The position numbers and the translations under genes are program-made. The notes beneath the pieces are model-generated. The model did not search any database and was not told where the DNA came from. It was given only the letters and a program-made list of their open reading frames with translations. From Aeromonas phage phiA014S, in sequence record PP226939.1: a stretch of DNA of 32,000 nucleotides, one strand, 5' to 3'. Shown here in pieces: positions 1 through 9,120 of the stretch; position 1 is the stretch's first letter; every line of letters starts with the position of its first letter.

Positions 1-3000
1 AAGCAGGCCAAGGCCAACAAGGAGATTTTCTTCAATGAGGACGGGACCCCGCGTTCCGCCTCTGAGGTTTACACCCTGTTCGGCAACAAGCTGGGCGTGG
101 TGGCTGACCAAGCTCAACAGCAGCAGACCAAGGACCGTAACATCTCGAACGTGCAAGAGCGCGAACTTGGGAGGTTACTAGACCTTGGGAACACCGCTGG
201 GCTCAACACCGAGTCTGCTGTCGCTGACTTCACAAAGCGTGGGCTCGACGTCCCTCTGGCCAGCGCCAACCCACAGCCTTTCGCTGATACTGTTGCCGAT
301 TATGGTCTGCGTCCTCTGCCGGAAGTGGAGGAGCGGTCGTTCATGGACGAAGCGTTCGACGCGGCGTCTGCCAACATCCGACTGAGCTCTGGTGTCGTCA
401 AGGCTAACGAAGTGGTCCTCGCAGGGCTGCACGCTCTGTCCAAGGACTTCGGGTTCGACATGGAGTGGGGACAAGAGGCTCTCGCCGTAACGTCCGCATT
501 TAGTGACCTTAGCCCTGAAGAGATGGGCCGTGTTGACCTGAACAACCCCTTCAAGCCGACCGAAGAGATGTACACCAAAGCGTTCGACGCTGGGTTGGAC
601 CGGAAGTGGTCCGAGTACATCAGCACCGCTATGTCTCCCGACGAGTTCATCCGTAAGGTTCAGCTCGCAACTGAGATGCAGAAGGCTGATGAAACCCGAC
701 GTGGTGTTGGCCTTGGTGCTGGTCTGGCCGGTGGCCTTGCTGGTGCTGTTGCTGACCCGCTGTCTTACGTTGGCGGTGCCGCTAAGGGTGCAACTTGGGG
801 TGCTCGCGTCCTGTTTGCCGGTGCTGAAGCTGCCGGTATGAACGTGCTCTCCGAGAAGATGACCGAGTGGGCAACTGCCGGTGCTGTTGAGGCTGACATC
901 GCGTCTGCTGCGCTCGGTGGTTTCCTCTTCGGTGGGACCCTGCGTGGTGTACTAGATAGCTTCCTTAACAATGGTGCAACTATCCGAATGCGTGCCCGTC
1001 ATGAGTCTCTGGCCCTTGGTCAACCTGACATGACTGCTCGTCATGACATTGAGATTCCAGAGGGTCAGGCTTACGCCGACATTCCGAATCAGAAGGGCGC
1101 TGTTGTTGACCAGCTCGGCAACACTCACTCTGCAACCTCAGTGGGTAACCCTAAGTTGCTGGATGAAGCTGCTGCCGAAGACATCCGCGCTAACCGTGGG
1201 GTGGACCTTGGGCCTGCCTCGATGCTGGCTCATAGTTTGCTGCGTAGCGAGCACAAGTCTGTCCGTGACGTTGCAGCTGACCTTGTTCGTTCCCCTACCG
1301 GAATCCAAGGTGGTGGCACTGGCCGCACCAAGATGACTGCTGAAGACATCATCGGTCGACTCGAAGGTCAGGACAACATGTGGTATAACAAAGCGATGAA
1401 GCAGCGTGAAGCCTTGAAGGACCTGAAGGGCGTTGGCCGTGAGGGGATGGAGCGTGAGATTGTGACCGCCATTGAGGCCGGTGACCTGTCGAAGCTGTCT
1501 CCTGAGTCCAAGGCATTCGCTGAGTCCATCATTGAGCTGTACACCCGCAAGTTCGACGAGGCGACCAATCCTGCCCGTTTCGGCAACGCTGACGCTCCTC
1601 CTGTCTTTGCATCCGGTCGTGACCCTAAGTCGTATGTCCCTCAGGTCTTCGAAGAAGGCAAGGTGCACGCTGCTAAAGCTCGCTTCGGTGGTGACGAGGG
1701 ATGGGAAGGGTTGCAGAAGGCCATCAAGGACAACTGGGTGGCTCAGTGGAAAGGTGACCACCGTGGTATTCAAGCCAAGTTCAAAGCTGCCTACGCAGAT
1801 GAGATTGACGCTCTGAAGACCGGTGGCATGGACCACGACAAGGCTGTGATGGAAGTGTTCAACGACTACATTGAGAAGAAGTCATTCGGCATCAGCAAGC
1901 AGGGTGATTTCACTCACAGCTCTGGTCTAGAGGACGCGAACCTCAGTGACTCTCTGGTCGGTATCGAGAACAACAACTTCACCATGGAGCGCAACCTGTT
2001 TGACTCTGGGTTCGAGAACATCGCCGACGACGGTGCTGGGTTCGCTATCAACGACCTGCGCCACTTCGACATGATGAACATCGCTCAGATGTATAACCGC
2101 CGTATGAACGGTGACGTTGCCATCCATGGGGCTACCGGCAAGGATACCAAGGCGCTCAAGGACCGAGTGGTTAACATGGCGGACCCCAAAGGCAAGCGTG
2201 AGCTGGACCAGCTGGTTCGTGTAATCACGGGCCGCAGCCGTGTCGATAACCCGAGCATGGCGTTTAACGCTATGATGCGTGGTGTCCAGAACGTCTCCTT
2301 TGCGTCCAACAACGCTCAGATGTGGATTAACAACCTCTCTGAGGTGACTGGCTGGGCTGCCAACCGGACCAACTTCGTACTGCGCAACGGTGTGAAGGGT
2401 CTGGAGCAGTTGATGAACCCGCAGACCAAGTTCACTAAGGCGGACATGAAGGATTTCCAAGCTGCGCTGTTCGGTAACGACCTGAACACTGTGATGACCA
2501 AGAGTTTCGCCAACACGCGAGACGCTATGATTCGCCACGGTGTAGGTAAGAAGACTGCTAGCGTTGCTGCTGGTGTCGACCAGTTCGGTGCTGTCATCTC
2601 CTCCAACAAGTGGAACCCGTACACCAAGATGCTGAACTTCACTCAGGAATCCCTGACCGGTTTGGCTCGCGGTGGTGTACTTGCGGACATCACTCAGGAA
2701 GCGTTCGGCGGTGTTAAGTTCCGCCCTGAAATCCTGAAGAATGCCTCTGTGACTCCCGCTCAGTACCAAGGGGTCTTGGACATGATGCGGCAACACGTCA
2801 AGGTGGTCAACGGTGAGTTCAAGCCGGATACCGCTGCGATTGTGAAAGACCCTCGGGCCAACGACCTGTGGCGACTTGCTGACTACATTGCGTCTGACTC
2901 CGTGACTCGGACCAATAAGGTGGGCATGAACTATGTGGCGCAGCCTAACGCGCTCACTAACCTTGCTCTCCAGTTCAAGTCGTTCACCCTGAAGGGTCTC

Positions 3001-3627
3001 AACTCGCGGACTGTCCGCATGTTCCACGAATCGTTCCATGGTAAGGGTCTGGATAACGCTGTGCGTGCAACCGTGATGTTCGGCACTATGTCGGCCCTCT
3101 GGTCCATGCAGACCCACTACCGCTCGATGGGCGTACCTGAGAAGGACCGTCAGGCGTATCTGGACAAGATGTTGGACCCTGCGATGGTGAGCTATCAGGC
3201 TGTCGCTCGTAGTGCTGAGCTTGGTCCTCTGCTCGGTGGTGTTGGCCTCGCGGTTAACCCTATGTTGCAGATGGCCGGTCTTGGTAATGACATGTTCCGT
3301 GCCGGTCGCTCCACTATCGACCCGAACTCCGTGATTGACCGTCGTGACCCTCTGCGTTCTCAGGCAGGTACTCTCAAAGAGACCAGCCAGCAAGTAGGTC
3401 AGGCGCTGTTCGATACCTTCCCTGCTGCACGTACCGGTGTCGCTGCTGGTCAGACTCTGGCTGCCATCCCGAGCATTGCTGGAGCCGACTACGGCTACCA
3501 ACGTGACATGGAGAAGCGGGCCTTCTTTGAGGGCCTCGGAGCTGTCCTTCCGAACGACCCTGCTGTCCAGTGGCTCATCAACCAATGGGCTGAACAAGCA
3601 GGCGCTGCCGGTAAAGGTATGCGTTAA
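1..3627 (+). CDS. gp16: internal virion/ejection protein, T7 gp16-like (5' end outside window)
   Basis: Frame 1 is open from nt 1 (no stop before the listed Met at 97) to TAA 3625-3627. More than 1200 aa, and the last gene before the tail fibre gene as gene 16 is in T7/T3. The call rests on size and synteny; I recognised no motif. Confidence 0.65.
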   Translation, partial: KQAKANKEIFFNEDGTPRSASEVYTLFGNKLGVVADQAQQQQTKDRNISNVQERELGRLLDLGNTAGLNTESAVADFTKRGLDVPLASANPQPFADTVADYGLRPLPEVEERSFMDEAFDAASANIRLSSGVVKANEVVLAGLHALSKDFGFDMEWGQEALAVTSAFSDLSPEEMGRVDLNNPFKPTEEMYTKAFDAGLDRKWSEYISTAMSPDEFIRKVQLATEMQKADETRRGVGLGAGLAGGLAGAVADPLSYVGGAAKGATWGARVLFAGAEAAGMNVLSEKMTEWATAGAVEADIASAALGGFLFGGTLRGVLDSFLNNGATIRMRARHESLALGQPDMTARHDIEIPEGQAYADIPNQKGAVVDQLGNTHSATSVGNPKLLDEAAAEDIRANRGVDLGPASMLAHSLLRSEHKSVRDVAADLVRSPTGIQGGGTGRTKMTAEDIIGRLEGQDNMWYNKAMKQREALKDLKGVGREGMEREIVTAIEAGDLSKLSPESKAFAESIIELYTRKFDEATNPARFGNADAPPVFASGRDPKSYVPQVFEEGKVHAAKARFGGDEGWEGLQKAIKDNWVAQWKGDHRGIQAKFKAAYADEIDALKTGGMDHDKAVMEVFNDYIEKKSFGISKQGDFTHSSGLEDANLSDSLVGIENNNFTMERNLFDSGFENIADDGAGFAINDLRHFDMMNIAQMYNRRMNGDVAIHGATGKDTKALKDRVVNMADPKGKRELDQLVRVITGRSRVDNPSMAFNAMMRGVQNVSFASNNAQMWINNLSEVTGWAANRTNFVLRNGVKGLEQLMNPQTKFTKADMKDFQAALFGNDLNTVMTKSFANTRDAMIRHGVGKKTASVAAGVDQFGAVISSNKWNPYTKMLNFTQESLTGLARGGVLADITQEAFGGVKFRPEILKNASVTPAQYQGVLDMMRQHVKVVNGEFKPDTAAIVKDPRANDLWRLADYIASDSVTRTNKVGMNYVAQPNALTNLALQFKSFTLKGLNSRTVRMFHESFHGKGLDNAVRATVMFGTMSALWSMQTHYRSMGVPEKDRQAYLDKMLDPAMVSYQAVARSAELGPLLGGVGLAVNPMLQMAGLGNDMFRAGRSTIDPNSVIDRRDPLRSQAGTLKETSQQVGQALFDTFPAARTGVAAGQTLAAIPSIAGADYGYQRDMEKRAFFEGLGAVLPNDPAVQWLINQWAEQAGAAGKGMR

Positions 3628-3645
3628 ACCCACACAGAAGGGAGA
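3623..3645 (+). promoter_or_regulatory. phage RNAP promoter (phi17 position)
   Basis: GTTAAACCCACACAGAA|GGGAGA, member of the 15-copy family; predicted +1 at G3640. Overlaps the gene 16 stop codon. The transcript 5' end can fold GGGAG(3640-3644)/CTCCC(3654-3658). Confidence 0.8.
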
Positions 3646-3685
3646 CCACCGCGCTCCCTCTCTGTTTCAACTATAAGGAGACCAT

Positions 3686-6136
3686 ATGGCTCAAACTCGT
3701 TCTCCGGTGGCAACCACCATCGTCTACAACCTGACCGGTCAGACTGACTTCACCGTGCCCTTCGAGTATCTCGCTCGGAAGTACGTGGAGCTGACCCTGT
3801 TGGGGACCTCTCGTCTGCCTCTGGTCATGAACTCCGACTACCGTTTCGTGAGCAAGACCGTGGTTTCGCTGGGTATCAACCCTCCGGCTGGATTCACTCA
3901 GTTGGAGATTCGTCGTAACACCTCGGCAACCGAGCGTCTGGTCGACTTCCACGATGGGTCTATCCTGCGTGCGAACGACCTGAACATCTCCCAGATTCAA
4001 TCCCTGCATGTAGCCGAAGAGGCACGTAGCAACGTCAGTGACGCTATCAGCGTTGACGACAACGGGAATCTGGATGCTCGCAACCGTAAGCTGGTGAACC
4101 TGCAAGCTGGGACCAACCCGACTGACGCTGTGAACTACGCTCAGGCGCTGCAACTTGCAGAGCAGGGTGGTTCGTTTACTCTTCGTCAGGAGCTGGCGGA
4201 AAGCAGCGGTGCCGAGCATGTGGTGACCTCTCAGCCTATTAATGGCGCTGTGAATCGCACTGTCCGTGACAAGCTGAATGACGTTAAGTCCTTCCGCGAC
4301 TTCGGTGGTGTCGATGATGGTCAGACCAACTGCTATGACGCTCTGGTCCGTGCTGCTGCGCATCTGGCTGCTAACGGCGGTGCTGTGTACTTCCCGAAGC
4401 GTGGGACTGGCGTATACCGCGTTGTGGGTAACGACACCTCCATTACCGATATGACCGGCATTGAGTTCATCCTTGATGAGGGCGTATCGTTCACCTTTGA
4501 AGGTAACTGGACCCCGCTCATTGTGAAGGGACTTAAGGTTAACCGTCAGATGAAGGTGCATTTGGTCACTCCGAACTACTCCTTCTACCACGGTCCGCAC
4601 CAGTATCGTAAGTCTTCCGAGGTGATGCCCTCCCTGTCCCAACTCAACGGTTCCTATGAGGTTCCGGTAGAGCTGAGCGGTGGCCACTTCACTGGCTACA
4701 CTCTGGACATCGGTGCTCTGGGTCGTCAGGAGGTTGCTGTCACTGCGGCAGCTGATTCGGTAACCCTCCCGTTTGACGCCACGTCTCAGCGCCGAGTTGC
4801 CACTACTGCTTCGCAGATTGGTGATGAAGTGTCGATGATGAATGCCTCTGTGCAGGGCTCTGTGGTTGTCGGTGTGCTGACCTTGCAAGGTTACTGCCTT
4901 GTAGAGCAGGACCTGAACACTCAGGCTACTGTGCTGAATCGTAATGGTGCCTTCGAGTCCATCTACAGCATCCTGCCTGCCGGTAGCCGCAACCAGTTCA
5001 ACTCTGCGATGCTGAGTGTCCGCCATGTGTCTGACACCAAGTTCGCCGTTATGGCCAACCACATTCAGGTCGGTACGTTTGACGCTGGGGCCACCATTGT
5101 GGGTATCGCCTTCGGTGCTCACAGCCGTACCTCTGCGCTGTCCTTCAACTACCCTGTGCGGCTGAAGAACTCCAAGCTGTCTGGCAGTCGTCCTCTGCGT
5201 CTCGTCGCTATTGGTGACTCCACGTCTGACCCTGCGATTCCGTGCAGTCAGTACGACTACATGGCCCAGTATCTGGCGACTGCCGGATGTCAGGTCTTTG
5301 AGCTGAAGAACATCGCTGTCAGTGGTCAGAACTCTGCCCAGCAGTGGGAAATCTTCAAGACCATCGGTCTGGCTGGTTACGATGCGGTTATCGCCAACAT
5401 CGGCATCAATGATATCCAAGGTGGTATCTCCGCTGACGCCTATGCGGCTAACGTTGTTCTCATGGCCAACCAGTGCAAGGCACAGGCTGTTCCGTTCATC
5501 CTGTCTCTGCCGCTGACTTGGTACAGTCAATCTGAGGCTCAGGTTTACGGTCAGGACGGCATGGACACTGCGAACAACGAGAAGACCGCTGAGTATCGAC
5601 TGAAGGTTATCCGTGCGCTTCAAGGCACTGGTGCAATCATCTCGACTGCTCCTGTCAAGCACATGGGCCTGACGTCTGCCGCTTGGTTGACCTCTGGTAA
5701 GGACTCCATCCTGATGGATAACATCCACCCGACCGGCTATGGTCGCATGATGATGGGCATGGGTAACGCTATGGCTATCCTTGGGGCTATCAATCCGGTA
5801 GGCTACCGCAACCCGAAGTTCGAGGCTATGCCTGAGCGTTGGGCTGTAGGCGGCTCTGGTGCCGGTCGTCCCATGGTCAAGTATGACAACGGCGTGTTCA
5901 CCTTCAAGGGTGCGCTCCAAGTCAACCAAGACCCTGCCAACGGTACTGTCCTCATCAAGCTGGACAAGGAGTTCTCCAATGGTCAGTGGACCTACTTCCC
6001 GTGCGCCTGTACTGGCAGCGCTGGGGTGCTGGGTCTGGGCCAGCTTGCTGTTGACCCCTCTCGCAACGTCTACGTCTACAACGCTCCGGCAGGGACCACC
6101 TCGGTCTCCATGGACGCTCTGACTCTGACGCTGTAA
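3686..6136 (+). CDS. gp17: tail fibre / tailspike (T7 gp17 N-terminal adaptor + beta-helix signature + SGNH esterase domain)
   Basis: 816-aa ORF with SD AAGGAG 5 nt upstream. The N-terminus ([50 protein letters not shown]) matches my recollection of T7 gp17 ([50 protein letters not shown]). [44 protein letters not shown] (from ~nt 4288) looks like a pectate-lyase-3 / tailspike beta-helix start. SGNH blocks are VAIGDSTSD (GDS at 5213-5221), [12 protein letters not shown] and DNIHPTGYG (5717-5743). Confidence 0.9.
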   Translation: [816 protein letters not shown]

Positions 6137-6140
6137 CACA

Positions 6141-6164
6141 AGGTCGGGCCTTCGGGCCTGTCCT
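6141..6164 (+). terminator. stem-loop just after the tail fibre stop (possible 3' stabiliser or weak terminator)
   Basis: AGGTCGGGCC-TTCG-GGCCTGTCCT: 6 bp (one G.U) plus 3 bp separated by a T.T mismatch, with a UUCG loop. No U-tract follows, so termination is uncertain. Confidence 0.3.
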
Positions 6165-6201
6165 ATTCGATTCCATGCAGTTAGCATAAGGAGGTAATTA
6201 A

Positions 6202-6399
6202 ATGAGCCTTGATGTAACCATTGGAGATGCAGTCATCCGGTCGGCACCTATTGTTGGAGCCGCTGGTGCAGAGGCTGTGTCCCGTTACTTAGGGCTCACT
6301 CTTCATGAATGGTTTTACGTGGCCACTATTGCGTACACCTTTGTGCAAGTGTGGGCCGTCATCTACAAAACTTTGAAAGGAGGTGACAATGAGTCTTAA
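6202..6399 (+). CDS. gp17.5: class II holin, T7 gp17.5-like
   Basis: 65 aa, SD TAAGGAGG upstream. APIVGAAGAEAVSRYLGLTLHEWFYVATIAYTFVQ matches recalled T7 gp17.5 (APIVGTGVADVSARLFFGLSLNEWFYVAAIAYTVVQ). Confidence 0.85.
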   Translation: MSLDVTIGDAVIRSAPIVGAAGAEAVSRYLGLTLHEWFYVATIAYTFVQVWAVIYKTLKGGDNES

Positions 6400-6628
6400 A
6401 CATATGGAGGAGCTGCTGCAACAACTCGACCATGAGTCCGCTAAGCTGATGCTGAAGGACCTGAAGAACGAAGAGAAGCGCACCCCTCAACTTTACAACG
6501 CGATTGCCAAACTGTTGGAGCGCCACAAGTTTACCCTCGGTAAGGTGGTCCCCGATAAGTCTGTCCTCGGTGATTTGGCGGCTGCGCTGCCTGACCTGAC
6601 CGACGACGACCTGTACCAATCCCATTAA
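6389..6628 (+). CDS. gp18: terminase small subunit, T7 gp18-like
   Basis: RTPQLYNAIAKLLERHKFTLGKV and the C-terminal LTDDDLY match recalled T7 gp18 (RSPQLYNAINKLLDRHKFQIGKL ... LTDDDIY). I prefer ATG 6389 (AGGAGG 6378-6383, 5-nt spacer) over the track's GTG 6383. Confidence 0.85.
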   Translation: MSLKHMEELLQQLDHESAKLMLKDLKNEEKRTPQLYNAIAKLLERHKFTLGKVVPDKSVLGDLAAALPDLTDDDLYQSH

Positions 6629-6646
6629 TCCCACACAGAAGGAGAA
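6624..6646 (+). promoter_or_regulatory. phage RNAP promoter
   Basis: ATTAATCCCACACAGAA|GGAGAA, predicted +1 at G6641. Overlaps the gene 18 stop (TAA 6626-6628). The initiating GGAG also serves as SD for the ATG at 6652. Confidence 0.75.
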
Positions 6647-6651
6647 CAACT

Positions 6652-6816
6652 ATGCGTGTATCTAAGCGTGCTTGTCAAACTGCTCTGCAAATCATCGTGT
6701 GCCTGACCATCATCGTACCGGTCATCGCCATGCTCTCTGGCTGCACCATCGTAGTGAACAGCGAGAACGTGACCACTGCGACCGAGGCTACTAATGCCGT
6801 GTTGGGTGGTATCTAA
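6652..6816 (+). CDS. small predicted lipoprotein (54 aa), function unknown
   Basis: My translation: MRVSKRACQTALQIIVCLTIIVPVIAMLSGCTIVVNSENVTTATEATNAVLGGI. It has a basic n-region, a hydrophobic core and a lipobox L-S-G-C (Cys31, Thr at +2). SD GGAG lies 7 nt upstream. Below the ORF-track length cut-off. Confidence 0.5.
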   Translation: MRVSKRACQTALQIIVCLTIIVPVIAMLSGCTIVVNSENVTTATEATNAVLGGI

Positions 6817-6917
6817 TGTCTCAGCTGCTGCTGGGCATCCTTATTGGAAGTGTCGCTGCCGTTGTGCTCGGATACATCGCTTCGGTGATGGTCTGTGTCT
6901 GGCAGTACCTGAAGTAA
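6816..6917 (+). CDS. 33-aa single-TM peptide
   Basis: ATG overlaps the previous stop (TAATG). MSQLLLGILIGSVAAVVLGYIASVMVCVWQYLK is almost entirely one hydrophobic helix. No independent SD, so translation would have to be coupled. Confidence 0.35.
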   Translation: MSQLLLGILIGSVAAVVLGYIASVMVCVWQYLK

Positions 6918-6934
6918 GAGATAACGAATGCTAA

Positions 6935-6968
6935 ACTCAAGGTCACCACTATGGTGGCCTTCATGATT
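6935..6968 (+). promoter_or_regulatory. RNase III-type processing hairpin (T7 R-site family)
   Basis: ACTCAAGGTCACC-actat-GGTGGCCTTCATGATT. 9-bp stem with a conserved U.G pair. Flanks GAATG(6926-6930)/CATTC(6970-6974) can form a lower stem. One of 7 copies. Confidence 0.6.
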
Positions 6969-6992
6969 ATCATTCACAGAAGGAGAAACGAT

Positions 6993-7193
6993 ATGCCTGA
7001 ACACATTAAGCGACTGTTTGTAGAACAGGAGGAGTTGAACACTAAGGTGTGTGCTCTGAATACCTTCATAAACAGTAACCCCATTTATGACACACTGCCA
7101 GCCGAGGAGCGTTATGACCTCAACCGCCAGTTGGGTGCCATGGGCGACTACCTCCACATCCTGACTCAGCGTCTGAAGCGAGCGATGTCATGA
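6993..7193 (+). CDS. 66-aa helical protein, unknown function
   Basis: ATG 6993 preceded by AGAAGGAGA, preferred over the track start at 6951 which lies inside the hairpin. [66 protein letters not shown] resembles a widespread small phage helical family of unknown function (recollection only). Confidence 0.6.
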   Translation: MPEHIKRLFVEQEELNTKVCALNTFINSNPIYDTLPAEERYDLNRQLGAMGDYLHILTQRLKRAMS

Positions 7194-7315
7194 AGACCAA
7201 GATGCGGGCAGTGTTCCGCAACCTTTACCCTGCCGGTCTGACTCCGGTGGACTACATCGTGTCGACCATCCTGTACATGGGCCTTGTGTCCTTCTTTGCA
7301 GGTGCGCTGGTATGA
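7190..7315 (+). CDS. 41-aa C-terminally anchored TM peptide
   Basis: ATGA overlaps at both ends (7190-7193 and 7312-7315). [41 protein letters not shown] has a basic N-terminus and a C-terminal hydrophobic helix. Confidence 0.4.
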   Translation: MKTKMRAVFRNLYPAGLTPVDYIVSTILYMGLVSFFAGALV

Positions 7316-9069
7316 GCATGACCAAGGAGCAACGGCAGCTTGAGGCCATGAAGAATGACTTCGTGTTGTTCCTTATGGTCCTCTGGCGAGCCCTGAACCT
7401 TCCGAAGCCTACCCGCTGTCAGATGGACATGGCCCGAACGCTTGCAGACGGCTCTCAGCGACGCTTCATCTTGCAGGCATTCCGTGGTATCGGGAAGTCC
7501 TTCATCACGTGTGCGTTCGTTGTGTGGCGTCTCTGGAAGGAGCCTGACCTGAAGTTCATGATTGTGTCTGCGTCTAAGGAGCGTGCTGACGCTAACTCCA
7601 TCTTCGTGAAGCGAATCATCGACCTTCTCCCGTTCCTGCACCACCTCAAGCCTAGCACCAGTCAGCGTGACTCCGTGATTAGCTTTGACGTTGGCCCTGC
7701 GAAACCTGACCACTCCCCGAGTGTTAAGTCTGTAGGTATCACTGGTCAGTTGACCGGTAGCCGTGCTGACATCCTCATTGCGGATGACGTGGAGGTTCCG
7801 AACAACAGTGCCACTCAGGCTGCGCGTGACCGCCTTGGTGAGCTTGTGAAGGAGTTCGATGCAATCCTGAAGCCTAACGGCACCATCATCTATCTGGGGA
7901 CTCCTCAGTGCGAGATGACGCTGTACCGTGAGCTTGAGAACCGTGGCTACGTCACTACCATCTGGCCTGCTCGTTATCCGAAGGACAAGTCCGATTGGGA
8001 GACCTATGGTCCACGCCTTGCGCCTATGCTGGTGGAGGACATGAACGCTGACCCTGAGGCTGCCTACTGGCTGCCCACTGACCCTGTGCGCTTCGACGAC
8101 GAAGACCTCAAGGAACGTGAGCTGTCCTACGGTAAGGCTGGCTTTGCGTTGCAGTTCATGCTCAACCCGAACCTCAGTGACGCCGAGCGATACCCTCTGA
8201 AGCTGCGTGATTTCATCGTGGCTGCATTGCAGGTAGACGCTGCACCGCTGACCTATCAGTGGATGCCGAACCCTCAGAACCTCGTACAGGCTGTCCCTTG
8301 CGTTGGTCTTAAGGGTGACACCTTCCATAGCTACTACACTGCGGATAAACGCACAGCTCCCTACTCCATGAAAATCATGGCGATTGACCCGAGTGGTCGT
8401 GGTAAGGATGAGACTGGCTACGCTGTGTTGTACTTCCTGAATGGTTACATCTACCTGATGGAGTCTGGAGGCTTCCGTGGTGGTTACGAGGACTCGACCC
8501 TTGAGCAGCTGGCCAAGAAGGCTAAGCAGTGGAAGGTCAATGAGGTGCTGTGTGAAGGTAACTTCGGTGACGGTATGTTCCTGAAGATATTCAGCCCTGT
8601 GCTGCAACGTACGCACAAGTGTGCCCTTACCGAGACCAAGAGTACCGGTCAGAAGGAGGTGCGCATTGCGGACGTTCTGGAGCCTGTCATGGGTGCCCAC
8701 CGTCTGGTTGTCCTTGAGTCAGCCATTCAGAAGGACTACCAGTCAGCTCGGAACATCGACGGTCAGCACGACATCAAGTACAGCCTCATGTACCAGCTCA
8801 CTCGTCTTACTCGGGACCGTGGTGCTCTGGCTCACGATGACCGTCTGGACGCTCTGGCTATCGGGGTGGCTTACTTCGTGGAGAGCATGGAGCGCGACGC
8901 ACAGTTGGGTGCCACTGAGATGTCACAGGAGTGGCTGGATGACCAATTGAATGAGGAGCGTATCCACGCATCCCTACGACCCATGATTGAACATCACGGT
9001 GACATCGAGATTCGACTCGGTGATGACTTCGATGCAGCATGGGAGGGGACCTCAATGTTCAACTGGTAG
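7312..9069 (+). CDS. gp19: terminase large subunit, T7 gp19-like
   Basis: 585 aa. [62 protein letters not shown] and [11 protein letters not shown] all match recalled T7 gp19. Confidence 0.95.
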   Translation: MSMTKEQRQLEAMKNDFVLFLMVLWRALNLPKPTRCQMDMARTLADGSQRRFILQAFRGIGKSFITCAFVVWRLWKEPDLKFMIVSASKERADANSIFVKRIIDLLPFLHHLKPSTSQRDSVISFDVGPAKPDHSPSVKSVGITGQLTGSRADILIADDVEVPNNSATQAARDRLGELVKEFDAILKPNGTIIYLGTPQCEMTLYRELENRGYVTTIWPARYPKDKSDWETYGPRLAPMLVEDMNADPEAAYWLPTDPVRFDDEDLKERELSYGKAGFALQFMLNPNLSDAERYPLKLRDFIVAALQVDAAPLTYQWMPNPQNLVQAVPCVGLKGDTFHSYYTADKRTAPYSMKIMAIDPSGRGKDETGYAVLYFLNGYIYLMESGGFRGGYEDSTLEQLAKKAKQWKVNEVLCEGNFGDGMFLKIFSPVLQRTHKCALTETKSTGQKEVRIADVLEPVMGAHRLVVLESAIQKDYQSARNIDGQHDIKYSLMYQLTRLTRDRGALAHDDRLDALAIGVAYFVESMERDAQLGATEMSQEWLDDQLNEERIHASLRPMIEHHGDIEIRLGDDFDAAWEGTSMFNW

Positions 9070-9097
9070 ACCATGTGACAGGGATGTTACACTCGGG

Positions 9098-9120
9098 AAT
9101 TAACCCACACAGAAGGGAGA
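9098..9120 (+). promoter_or_regulatory. phage RNAP promoter (phiOR position)
   Basis: AATTAACCCACACAGAA|GGGAGA, full consensus, predicted +1 at G9115. Lies just after gene 19, as phiOR does in T7. Confidence 0.85.

Noticed and set aside
3671-6187. 838-aa minus-strand ORF. The same applies to the other long antisense ORFs: 1927-3633, 7252-8700, 11675-14308, 17061-17828, 21473-22429, 25100-26080 and 29810-31420.
   Set aside because: All lie in the exact codon-complement frame of well-supported plus-strand genes with strong homology (tail fibre, gp16, terminase, RNAP, kinase, SSB, DNAP, portal). They stay open only because the sense genes avoid TTA/CTA/TCA. They have no SDs, no promoters in that orientation, and low-complexity translations rich in Leu, Val, Arg, Gly and His.
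6652-6917. A -1 frameshift at the ATCTAATG overlap fusing the lipoprotein to the 33-aa TM peptide, giving a u-spanin-like (T1 gp11-type) topology.
   Set aside because: The periplasmic linker would be only ~25-30 residues, far too short to span the periplasm. There is no slippery heptamer or stimulatory structure at the junction. I kept them as two ORFs.
8621-8950. 109-aa alternative-frame ORF inside the large terminase gene (reminiscent of T7 19.2/19.3 annotations).
   Set aside because: No SD, a low-complexity Ser/Thr/Leu/Trp translation, and full containment in a highly conserved gene. There is no independent support.
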